Shown here piece after piece: positions 11,441 to 24,640 of a stretch of 64,000 nt of DNA (position 1 is the first letter of the stretch; each line of letters begins with the position of its first letter). The notes beneath the pieces were generated by a model. The model was not told the DNA's origin and searched no databases. It saw only the letters and a list, made by a program, of their open reading frames with translations. The stretch spans positions 20,956,001 through 21,020,000 of the forward strand of contig OZ059898.1 in the NCBI GenBank assembly GCA_964057225.1, in the 5' to 3' direction. Made by a program: the position numbers and the translations under genes. The stretch comes from Auanema rhodensis. Its lineage: Eukaryota; Animalia; Nematoda.

Positions 11441-14256
11441 TTATGCTAATTAAATGTATACGTGATGTGCACTTGGTATGTAACTCGCTTCACGTGAAAG
11501 ATAAAGAGATGCGGTTTTCAAAATTAGATTCCCCATGTCCATATTAGTCTAAAAACAAATTTTTATTGATATTGGTTCATGGTAACCATGACTTTGAAAT
11601 TTACGTGAACTTTAATTTATGCTAATTAAATGTACACGTGATGTGCACTTGGTATGTAACTCGCTTCACATGAAAGATAAAGAGATGCGGTTTTCAAAAT
11701 TAGATTCCCCATATCCATATTAGTCTAAAAACAAATTTTTATTGATATTGGTTCATGGTAACCATGACTTTGAAATTTACGTGAACTTTAATTTATGCTA
11801 ATTAAATGTACACGTGATGTGCACTTGGTATGTAACTCGCTTCACGTGAAAGATAAAGAGATGCGGTTTTCAAAATTAGATTCCCCATGTCCATATTAGT
11901 CTAAAAACAAATTTTTATTGATATTAGTTCATGGTAACCATGACTTTGAAATTTACGTGAACTTTAATTTATGCTAATTAAATGTACACGTGATGTGCAC
12001 TTGGTATGTAACTCGCTTCACGTGAAAGATAAAGAGATGCGGTTTTCAAAATTAGATTCCCCATGTCCATATTAGTCTAAAAACAAATTTTTATTGATAT
12101 TGGTTCATGGTAACCATGACTTTGAAATTTACGTGAACTTTAATTAATGCTAATTAAATGTACACGTGATGTGCACTTGGTATGTAACTCGCTTCACGTG
12201 AAAGATAAAGAGATGCGGTTTTCAAAATTAGATTCCCCATGTCCATATTAGTCTAAAAACAAATTTTTATTGATATTGGTTCATGGTAACCATGACTTTG
12301 AAATTTACGTGAACTTTAATTTATGCTAATTAAATGTACACGTGATGTGCACTTGGTATGTAACTCGCTTCACGTGAAAGATAAAGAGATGCGGTTTTCA
12401 AAATTAGATTCCCCATGTCCATATTAGTCTAAAAACAAATTTTTATTGATATTGGTTCATGGTAACCATGACTTTGAATTTTACGTGAACTTTAATTTAT
12501 GCTAATCAAATGTACACGTGATGTGCACTTGGTATGTAACTCGCTTCACGTGAAAGATGAAGAGATGCGGTTTTCAAAATTAGATTCCCCATGTCCATAT
12601 TAGTCTAAAAACAAATTTTTATTGATATTGGTTCATGGTAACCATGACTTTGAAATTTACGTGAACTTTAATTTATGCTAATTAAATGTACACGTGATGT
12701 GCACTTGGTATGTAACTCGCTTCACGTGAAAGATAAAGAGATGCGGTTTTCAAAATTAGATTCCCCATGTCCATATTAGTCTAACAACAAATTTTTATTG
12801 ATATTGGTGCATGGTAACCATGACTTTGAAATTTACGTGAACTTTAATTTATGCTAATTAAATGTACACGTGATGTGCACTTGGTATGTAACTCGCTTCA
12901 CGTGAAAGATAAAGAGATGCGGTTTTCAAAATTAGATTCCCCATGTTCATATTAGTCTAAAAACAAATTTTTATTGATATTGGTTCATGGTAACCATGAC
13001 TTTGAAATTTACGTGAACTTTAATTTATGCTAATTAAATGTATACGTGATGTGCACTTGGTATGTAACTCGCTTCACGTGAAAGATAAAGAGATGCGGTT
13101 TTCAAAATTAGATTCCCCATGTCCATATTAGTCTAAAAACAAATTTTTATTGATATTGGTTCATGGTAACCATGACTTTGAAATTTACGTGAACTTTAAT
13201 TTATGCTAATTAAATGTACACGTGATGTGCACTTGGTATGTAACTCGCTTCACATGAAAGATAAAGAGATGCGGTTTTCAAAATTAGATTCCCCATATCC
13301 ATATTAGTCTAAAAACAAATTTTTATTGATATTGGTTCATGGTAACCATGACTTTGAAATTTACGTGAACTTTAATTTATGCTAATTAAATGTACACGTG
13401 ATGTGCACTTGGTATGTAACTCGCTTCACGTGAAAGATAAAGAGATGCGGTTTTCAAAATTAGATTCCCCATGTCCATATTAGTCTAAAAACAAATTTTT
13501 ATTGATATTAGTTCATGGTAACCATGACTTTGAAATTTACGTGAACTTTAATTTATGCTAATTAAATGTACACGTGATGTGCACTTGGTATGTAACTCGC
13601 TTCACGTGAAAGATAAAGAGATGCGGTTTTCAAAATTAGATTCCCCATGTCCATATTAGTCTAAAAACAAATTTTTATTGATATTGGTTCATGGTAACCA
13701 TGACTTTGAAATTTACGTGAACTTTAATTTATGCTAATTAAATGTACACGTGATGTGCACTTGGTATGTAACTCGCTTCACGTGAAAGATAAAGAGATGC
13801 GGTTTTCAAAATTAGATTCCCCATGTCCATATTAGTCTAAAAACAAATTTTTATTGATATTGGTTCATGGTAACCATGACTTTGAATTTTACGTGAACTT
13901 TAATTTATGCTAATCAAATGTACACGTGATGTGCACTTGGTATGTAACTCGCTTCACGTGAAAGATGAAGAGATGCGGTTTTCAAAATTAGATTCCCCAT
14001 GTCCATATTAGTCTAAAAACAAATTTTTATTGATATTGGTTCATGGTAACCATGACTTTGAAATTTACGTGAACTTTAATTTATGCTAATTAAATGTACA
14101 CGTGATGTGCACTTGGTATGTAACTCGCTTCACGTGAAAGATAAAGAGATGCGGTTTTCAAAATTAGATTCCCCATGTCCATATTAGTCTAACAACAAAT
14201 TTTTATTGATATTGGTGCATGGTAACCATGACTTTGAAATTTACGTGAACTTTAAT
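11441..14256 (+). repeat. Duplicated 8-monomer block with a one-monomer difference between copies
   Basis: Markers g54a+g97a (11670/13254) and g134a repeat at a 1584-bp offset; a159t, t11c+a63g and a113c repeat at a 1408-bp offset. Confidence 0.85.
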
Positions 14257-17200
14257 TTATGCTAATTAAATGTACACGTGATGTGCACTTGGTATGTAAC
14301 TCGCTTCACGTGAAAGATAAAGAGATGCTGTTTTCAAAATTAGATTCCTCATGTCCATATTAGTCTAAAAACAAATTTTTATTGATATTGGTTCATGGTA
14401 ACCATGACTTTGAAATTTACGTGAACTTTAATTTATGCTAATTAAATGTATACGTGATGTGCACTTGGTATGTAACTCGCTTCACGTGAAAGATAAAGAG
14501 ATGCGGTTTTCAAAATTAGATTCCCCATGTCCATATTAGTCTAAAAACAAATTTTTATTGATATTGGTTCATGGTAACCATGACTTTGAAATTTACGTGA
14601 ACTTTAATTTATGCTAATTAAATGTACACGTGATGTGCACTTGGTATGTAACTCGCTTCACGTGAAAGATAAAGAGATGCGGTTTTCAAAATTAGATTCC
14701 CCATGTCCATATTAGTCTAAAAACAAATTTTTATTGATATTGGTGCATGGTAACCATGACTTTGAAATTTACGTGAACTTTAATTTATGCTAATTAAATG
14801 TACACGTGATGTGCACTTGGTATGTAACTCGCTTCACGTGAAAGATAAAGAGATGCGGTTTTCAAAATTAGATTCCCCATGTCCATATTAGTTTAAAAAC
14901 AAATTTTTATTGATATTGGTGCATGGTAACCATGACTTTGAAATTTACGTGAACTTTAATTTATGCTAATTAAATGTACACGTGATGTGCACTTGGTATG
15001 TAACTCGCTTCACGTGAAAGATAAAGAGATGCGGTTTTCAAAATTAGATTCCCCATGTCCATATTAGTCTAAAAACAAATTTTTATTGATATTGGTTCAT
15101 GGTAACCATGACTTTGAAATTTACGTGAACTTTAATTTATGCTAATTAAATGTACACGTGATGTGCACTTGGTATGTAAGTCGCTTCACGTGAAAGATAA
15201 AGAGATGCGGTTTTCAAAATTAGATTCCCCATGTCCATATTAGTCTAAAAACAAATTTTTATTGATATTGGTGCATGGTAACCATGACTTTGAAATTTAC
15301 GTGAACTTTAATTTATGCTAATTAAATGTACACGTGATGTGCACTTGGTATGTAACTCGCTTCACGTGAAAAATAAAGAGATGCGGTTTTCAAAATTAGA
15401 TTCCCCATGTCCATATTAGTCTAAAAACAAATTTTTATTGATATTGGTGCATGGTAACCATGACTTTGAAATTTACGTGAACTTTAATTTATGCTAATTA
15501 AATGTACACGTGATGTGCACTTGGTATGTAACTCGCTTCACGTGAAAGATAAAGAGATGCGGTTTTCAAAATTAGATTCCCCATGTCCATATTAGTCTAA
15601 AAACAAATTTTTATTGATATTGGTGCATGGTAACCATGACTTTGAAATTTACGTGAACTTTAATTTATGCTAATTAAATGTACACGTGATGTGCACTTGG
15701 TATGTAACTCGCTTCACGTGAAAGATAAAGAGATGCGGTTTTCAAAATTAGATTCCCCATGTCCATATTAGTCTAAAAACAAATTTTTATTGATATTGGT
15801 TCATGGTAACCATGACTTTGAAATTTACGTGAACTTTAATTTATGCTAATTAAATGTATACGTGATGTGCACTTGGTATGTAACTCGCTTCACGTGAAAG
15901 ATAAAGAGATGCGGTTTTCAAAATTAGATTCCCCATGTCCATATTAGTCTAAAAACAAATTTTTATTGATATTGGTTCATGGTAACCATGACTTTGAAAT
16001 TTACGTGAACTTTAATTTATGCTAATTAAATGTACACGTGATGTGCACTTGGTATGTAACTCGCTTCACGTGAAAGATAAAGAGATGCGGTTTTCAAAAT
16101 TAGATTCCCCATGTCCATATTAGTCTAAAAACAAATTTTTATTGATATTGGTGCATGGTAACCATGACTTTGAAATTTACGTGAACTTTAATTTATGCTA
16201 ATTAAATGTACACGTGATGTGCACTTGGTATGTAACTCGCTTCACGTGAAAGATAAAGAGATGCGGTTTTCAAAATTAGATTCCCCATGTCCATATTAGT
16301 TTAAAAACAAATTTTTATTGATATTGGTGCATGGTAACCATGACTTTGAAATTTACGTGAACTTTAATTTATGCTAATTAAATGTACACGTGATGTGCAC
16401 TTGGTATGTAACTCGCTTCACGTGAAAGATAAAAAGATGCGGTTTTCAAAATTAGATTCCCCATGTCCATATTAGTCTAAAAACAAATTTTTATTGATAT
16501 TGGTTCATGGTAACCATGACTTTGAAATTTACGTGAACTTTAATTTATGCTAATTAAATGTATACGTGATGTGCACTTGGTATGTAACTCGCTTCACGTG
16601 AAAGATAAAGAGATGCGGTTTTCAAAATTAGATTCCCCATGTCCATATTAGTCTAAAAACAAATTTTTATTGATATTGGTTCATGGTAACCATGACTTTG
16701 AAATTTACGTGAACTTTAATTTATGCTAATTAAATGTACACGTGATGTGCACTTGGTATGTAACTCGCTTCACGTGTAAGATGAAGAGATGCGGTTTTCA
16801 AAATTAGATTCCCCATGTCCATATTAGTCTAAAAACAAATTTTTATTAATATTGGTTCATGGTAACCATGACTTTGAAATTTACGTGAACTTTAATTTAT
16901 GCTAATTAAATGTACACGTGATGTGCACTTGGTATGTAACTCGCTTCACGTGAAAGATAAAGAGATGCGGTTTTCAAAATTAGATTCCCCATGTCCATAT
17001 TAGTCTAAAAACAAATTTTTATTGATATTGGTTCATGGTAACCATGACTTTGAAATTTACGTGAACTTTAATTTATGCTAATTAAATGTACACGTGATGT
17101 GCACTTGGTATGTAACTCGCTTCACGTGAAAGATAAAGAGATGCGGTTTACAAAATTAGATTCCCCATGTCCATATTAGTCTAAAAACAAATTTTTATTG

Positions 17201-20064
17201 ATATTGGTGCATGGTAACCATGACTTTGAAATTTACGTGAACTTTAATTTATGCTAATTAAATGTACACGTGATGTGCACTTGGTATGTAACTCGCTTCA
17301 CGTGAAAGATAAAGAGATGCGGTTTTCAAAATTAGATTCCCCATGTCCATATTAGTTTAAAAACAAATTTTTATTGATATTGGTGCATGGTAACCATGAC
17401 TTTGAAATTTACGTGAACTTTAATTTATGCTAATTAAATGTACACGTGATGTGCACTTGGTATGTAACTCGCTTCACGTGAAAGATAAAAAGATGCGGTT
17501 TTCAAAATTAGATTCCCCATGTCCATATTAGTCTAAAAACAAATTTTTATTGATATTGGTGCATGGTAACCATGACTTTGAAATTTACGTGAACTTTAAT
17601 TTATGCTAATTAAATGTACACGTGATGTGCACTTGGTATGTAACTCGCTTCACGTGTAAGATGAAGAGATGCGGTTTTCAAAATTAGATTCCCCATGTCC
17701 ATATTAGTCTAAAAACAAATTTTTATTGATATTGGTTCATGGTAACCATGACTTTGAAATTTACGTGAACTTTAATTTATGCTAATTAAATGTACACGTG
17801 ATGTGCACTTGGTATGTAACTCGCTTCACGTGAAAGATAAAGAGATGCGGTTTTCAAAATTAGATTCCCCATGTCCATATTAGTCTAAAAACAAATTTTT
17901 ATTGATATTGGTTCATGGTAACCATGACTTTGAAATTTACGTGAACTTTAATTTATGCTAATTAAATGTACACGTGATGTGCACTTGGTATGTAACTCGC
18001 TTCACGTGAAAGATAAAGAGATGCGGTTTTCAAAATTAGATTCCCCATGTCCATATTAGTCTAAAAACAAATTTTTATTGATATTGGTGCATGGTAACCA
18101 TGACTTTGAAATTTACGTGAACTTTAATTTATGCTAATTAAATGTACACGTGATGTGCACTTGGTATGTAACTCGCTTCACGTGAAAGATGAAGAGATGC
18201 GGTTTTCAAAATTAGATTCCCCATGTCCATATTAGTCTAAAAACAAATTTTTATTGATATTGGTGCATGGTAACCATGACTTTGAAATTTACGTGAACTT
18301 TAATTTATGCTAATTAAATGTACACGTGATGTGCACTTGGTATGTAACTCGCTTCACGTGAAAGATAAAGAGATGCGGTTTTCAAAATTAGATTCCCCAT
18401 GTCCATATTAGTCTAAAAACAAATTTTTATTGATATTGGTGCATGGTAACCATGACTTTGAAATTTACGTGAACTTTAATTTATGCTAATTAAATGTACA
18501 CGTGATGTGCACTTGGTATGTAACTCGCTTCACGTGAAAGATGAAGAGATGCGGTTTTCAAAATTAGATTCCCCATGTCCATATTAGTCTAAAAACAAAT
18601 TTTTATTGATATTGGTGCATGGTAACCATGACTTTGAAATTTACGTGAACTTTAATTTATGCTAATTAAATGTACACGTGATGTGCACTTGGTATGTAAC
18701 TCGCTTCACGTGAAAGATAAAGAGATGCGGTTTTCAAAATTAGATTCCCCATGTCCATATTAGTTTAAAAACAAATTTTTATTGATATTGGTGCATGGTA
18801 ACCATGACTTTGAAATTTACGTGAACTTTAATTTATGCTAATTAAATGTACACGTGATGTGCACTTGGTATGTAACTCGCTTCACGTGAAAGATAAAAAG
18901 ATGCGGTTTTCAAAATTAGATTCCCCATGTCCATATTAGTCTAAAAACAAATTTTTATTGATATTGGTGCATGGTAACCATGACTTTGAAATTTACGTGA
19001 ACTTTAATTTATGCTAATTAAATGTACACGTGATGTGCACTTGGTATGTAACTCGCTTCACGTGAAAGATGAAGAGATGCGGTTTTCAAAATTAGATTCC
19101 CCATGTCCATATTAGTCTAAAAACAAATTTTTATTGATATTGGTGCATGGTAACCATGACTTTGAAATTTACGTGAACTTTAATTTATGCTAATTAAATG
19201 TACACGTGATGTGCACTTGGTATGTAACTCGCTTCACGTGAAAGTAAAAGAGATGCGGTTTTCAAAATTAGATTCCCCATGTCCATATTAGTCTAAAAAC
19301 AAATTTTTATTGATATTGGTGCATGGTAACCATGACTTTGAAATTTACGTGAACTTTAATTTATGCTAATTAAATGTACACGTGATGTGCACTTGGTATG
19401 TAACTCGCTTCACGTGAAAGATAAAGAGATGCGGTTTTCAAAATTAGATTCCCCATGTCCATATTAGTTTAAAAACAAATTTTTATTGATATTGGTGCAT
19501 GGTAACCATGACTTTGAAATTTACGTGAACTTTAATTTATGCTAATTAAATGTACACGTGATGTGCACTTGGTATGTAACTCGCTTCACGTGAAAGATAA
19601 AAAGATGCGGTTTTCAAAATTAGATTCCCCATGTCCATATTAGTCTAAAAACAAATTTTTATTGATATTGGTGCATGGTAACCATGACTTTGAAATTTAC
19701 GTGAACTTTAATTTATGCTAATTAAATGTACACGTGATGTGCACTTGGTATGTAACTCGCTTCACGTGAAAGATGAAGAGATGCGGTTTTCAAAATTAGA
19801 TTCCCCATGTCCATATTAGTCTAAAAACAAATTTTTATTGATATTGGTGCATGGTAACCATGACTTTGAAATTTACGTGAACTTTAATTTATGCTAATTA
19901 AATGTACACGTGATGTGCACTTGGTATGTAACTCGCTTCACGTGAAAGATGAAGAGATGCGGTTTTCAAAATTAGATTCCCCATGTCCATATTAGTCTAA
20001 AAACAAATTTTTATTGATATTGGTGCATGGTAACCATGACTTTGAAATTTACGTGAACTTTAAT

Positions 20065-23000
20065 TTATGCTAATTAAATGTACACGTGATGTGCACTTGG
20101 TATGTAACTCGCTTCACGTGAATGATAAAGAGATGCGGTTTTCAAAATTAGATTCCCCATGTCCATATTAGTCTAAAAACAAATTTTTATTGATATTGGT
20201 TCATGGTAACCATGACTTTGAAATTTACGTGAACTTTAATTTATGCTAATTAAATGTATACGTGATGTGCACTTGGTATGTAACTCGCTTCACGTGAAAG
20301 ATAAAGAGATGCGGTTTTCAAAATTAGATTCCCCATGTCCATATTAGTCTAAAAACAAATTTTTATTGATATTGGTTCATGGTAACCATGACTTTGAAAT
20401 TTACGTGAACTTTAATTTATGCTAATTAAATGTACACGTGATGTGCACTTGGTATGTAACTCGCTTCACGTGAAAGATGAAGAGATGCGGTTTTCAAAAT
20501 TAGATTCCCCATGTCCATATTAGTCTAAAAACAAATTTTTATTGATATTGGTGCATGGTAACCATGACTTTGAAATTTACGTGAACTTTAATTTATGCTA
20601 ATTAAATGTACACGTAATGTGCACTTGGTATGTAACTCGCTTCACGTGAAAGATAAAGAGATGCGGTTTTCAAAATTAGATTCCCCATGTCCATATTAGT
20701 TTAAAAACAAATTTTTATTGATATTGGTGCATGGTAACCATGACTTTGAAATTTACGTGAACTTTAATTTATGCTAATTAAATGTACACGTGATGTGCAC
20801 TTGGTATGTAACTCGCTTCACGTGAAAGATAAAAAGATGCGGTTTTCAAAATTAGATTCCCCATGTCCATATTAGTCTAAAAACAAATTTTTATTGATAT
20901 TGGTGCATGGTAACCATGACTTTGAAATTTACGTGAACTTTAATTTATGCTAATTAAATGTACACGTGATGTGCACTTGGTATGTAACTCGCTTCACGTG
21001 AAAGATAAAGAGATGCGGTTTTCAAAATTAGATTCCCCATGTCCATATTAGTTTAAAAACAAATTTTTATTGATATTGGTGCATGGTAACCATGACTTTG
21101 AAATTTACGTGAACTTTAATTTATGCTAATTAAATGTACACGTGATGTGCACTTGGTATGTAACTCGCTTCACGTGAAAGATAAAAAGATGCGGTTTTCA
21201 AAATTAGATTCCCCATGTCCATATTAGTCTAAAAACAAATTTTTATTGATATTGGTGCATGGTAACCATGACTTTGAAATTTACGTGAACTTTAATTTAT
21301 GCTAATTAAATGTACACGTGATGTGCACTTGGTATGTAACTCGCTTCACGTGTAAGATGAAGAGATGCGGTTTTCAAAATTAGATTCCCCATGTCCATAT
21401 TAGTCTAAAAACAAATTTTTATTGATATTGGTTCATGGTAACCATGACTTTGAAATTTACGTGAACTTTAATTTATGCTAATTAAATGTACACGTGATGT
21501 GCACTTGGTATGTAACTCGCTTCACGTGAAAGATAAAGAGATGCGGTTTTCAAAATTAGATTCCCCATGTCCATATTAGTCTAAAAACAAATTTTTATTG
21601 ATATTGGTTCATGGTAACCATGACTTTGAAATTTACGTGAACTTTAATTTATGCTAATTAAATGTACACGTGATGTGCACTTGGTATGTAACTCGCTTCA
21701 CGTGAAAGATAAAGAGATGCGGTTTTCAAAATTAGATTCCCCATGTCCATATTAGTCTAAAAACAAATTTTTATTGATATTGGTGCATGGTAACCATGAC
21801 TTTGAAATTTACGTGAACTTTAATTTATGCTAATTAAATGTACACGTGATGTGCACTTGGTATGTAACTCGCTTCACGTGAAAGATGAAGAGATGCGGTT
21901 TTCAAAATTAGATTCCCCATGTCCATATTAGTCTAAAAACAAATTTTTATTGATATTGGTGCATGGTAACCATGACTTTGAAATTTACGTGAACTTTAAT
22001 TTATGCTAATTAAATGTACACGTGATGTGCACTTGGTATGTAACTCGCTTCACGTGAAAGATAAAGAGATGCGGTTTTCAAAATTAGATTCCCCATGTCC
22101 ATATTAGTCTAAAAACAAATTTTTATTGATATTGGTGCATGGTAACCATGACTTTGAAATTTACGTGAACTTTAATTTATGCTAATTAAATGTACACGTG
22201 ATGTGCACTTGGTATGTAACTCGCTTCACGTGAAAGATGAAGAGATGCGGTTTTCAAAATTAGATTCCCCATGTCCATATTAGTCTAAAAACAAATTTTT
22301 ATTGATATTGGTGCATGGTAACCATGACTTTGAAATTTACGTGAACTTTAATTTATGCTAATTAAATGTACACGTGATGTGCACTTGGTATGTAACTCGC
22401 TTCACGTGAATGATAAAGAGATGCGGTTTTCAAAATTAGATTCCCCATGTCCATATTAGTCTAAAAACAAATTTTTATTGATATTGGTTCATGGTAACCA
22501 TGACTTTGAAATTTACGTGAACTTTAATTTATGCTAATTAAATGTATACGTGATGTGCACTTGGTATGTAACTCGCTTCACGTGAAAGATAAAGAGATGC
22601 GGTTTTCAAAATTAGATTCCCCATGTCCATATTAGTCTAAAAACAAATTTTTATTGATATTGGTTCATGGTAACCATGACTTTGAAATTTACGTGAACTT
22701 TAATTTATGCTAATTAAATGTACACGTGATGTGCACTTGGTATGTAACTCGCTTCACGTGAAAGATGAAGAGATGCGGTTTTCAAAATTAGATTCCCCAT
22801 GTCCATATTAGTCTAAAAACAAATTTTTATTGATATTGGTGCATGGTAACCATGACTTTGAAATTTACGTGAACTTTAATTTATGCTAATTAAATGTACA
22901 CGTAATGTGCACTTGGTATGTAACTCGCTTCACGTGAAAGATAAAGAGATGCGGTTTTCAAAATTAGATTCCCCATGTCCATATTAGTTTAAAAACAAAT

Positions 23001-24640
23001 TTTTATTGATATTGGTGCATGGTAACCATGACTTTGAAATTTACGTGAACTTTAATTTATGCTAATTAAATGTACACGTGATGTGCACTTGGTATGTAAC
23101 TCGCTTCACGTGAAAGATAAAAAGATGCGGTTTTCAAAATTAGATTCCCCATGTCCATATTAGTCTAAAAACAAATTTTTATTGATATTGGTGCATGGTA
23201 ACCATGACTTTGAAATTTACGTGAACTTTAATTTATGCTAATTAAATGTACACGTGATGTGCACTTGGTATGTAACTCGCTTCACGTGAAAGATAAAGAG
23301 ATGCGGTTTTCAAAATTAGATTCCCCATGTCCATATTAGTTTAAAAACAAATTTTTATTGATATTGGTGCATGGTAACCATGACTTTGAAATTTACGTGA
23401 ACTTTAATTTATGCTAATTAAATGTACACGTGATGTGCACTTGGTATGTAACTCGCTTCACGTGAAAGATAAAAAGATGCGGTTTTCAAAATTAGATTCC
23501 CCATGTCCATATTAGTCTAAAAACAAATTTTTATTGATATTGGTGCATGGTAACCATGACTTTGAAATTTACGTGAACTTTAATTTATGCTAATTAAATG
23601 TACACGTGATGTGCACTTGGTATGTAACTCGCTTCACGTGTAAGATGAAGAGATGCGGTTTTCAAAATTAGATTCCCCATGTCCATATTAGTCTAAAAAC
23701 AAATTTTTATTGATATTGGTTCATGGTAACCATGACTTTGAAATTTACGTGAACTTTAATTTATGCTAATTAAATGTACACGTGATGTGCACTTGGTATG
23801 TAACTCGCTTCACGTGAAAGATAAAGAGATGCGGTTTTCAAAATTAGATTCCCCATGTCCATATTAGTCTAAAAACAAATTTTTATTGATATTGGTTCAT
23901 GGTAACCATGACTTTGAAATTTACGTGAACTTTAATTTATGCTAATTAAATGTACACGTGATGTGCACTTGGTATGTAACTCGCTTCACGTGAAAGATAA
24001 AGAGATGCGGTTTTCAAAATTAGATTCCCCATGTCCATATTAGTCTAAAAACAAATTTTTATTGATATTGGTGCATGGTAACCATGACTTTGAAATTTAC
24101 GTGAACTTTAATTTATGCTAATTAAATGTACACGTGATGTGCACTTGGTATGTAACTCGCTTCACGTGAAAGATGAAGAGATGCGGTTTTCAAAATTAGA
24201 TTCCCCATGTCCATATTAGTCTAAAAACAAATTTTTATTGATATTGGTGCATGGTAACCATGACTTTGAAATTTACGTGAACTTTAATTTATGCTAATTA
24301 AATGTACACGTGATGTGCACTTGGTATGTAACTCGCTTCACGTGAAAGATAAAGAGATGCGGTTTTCAAAATTAGATTCCCCATGTCCATATTAGTCTAA
24401 AAACAAATTTTTATTGATATTGGTGCATGGTAACCATGACTTTGAAATTTACGTGAACTTTAATTTATGCTAATTAAATGTACACGTGATGTGCACTTGG
24501 TATGTAACTCGCTTCACGTGAAAGATGAAGAGATGCGGTTTTCAAAATTAGATTCCCCATGTCCATATTAGTCTAAAAACAAATTTTTATTGATATTGGT
24601 GCATGGTAACCATGACTTTGAAATTTACGTGAACTTTAAT
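20065..24640 (+). repeat. Tandem 13-monomer (2288-bp) higher-order duplication
   Basis: M115-127 and M128-140 show an identical variant string; markers a59t (20123/22411) and g24a (20616/22904). Confidence 0.9.
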
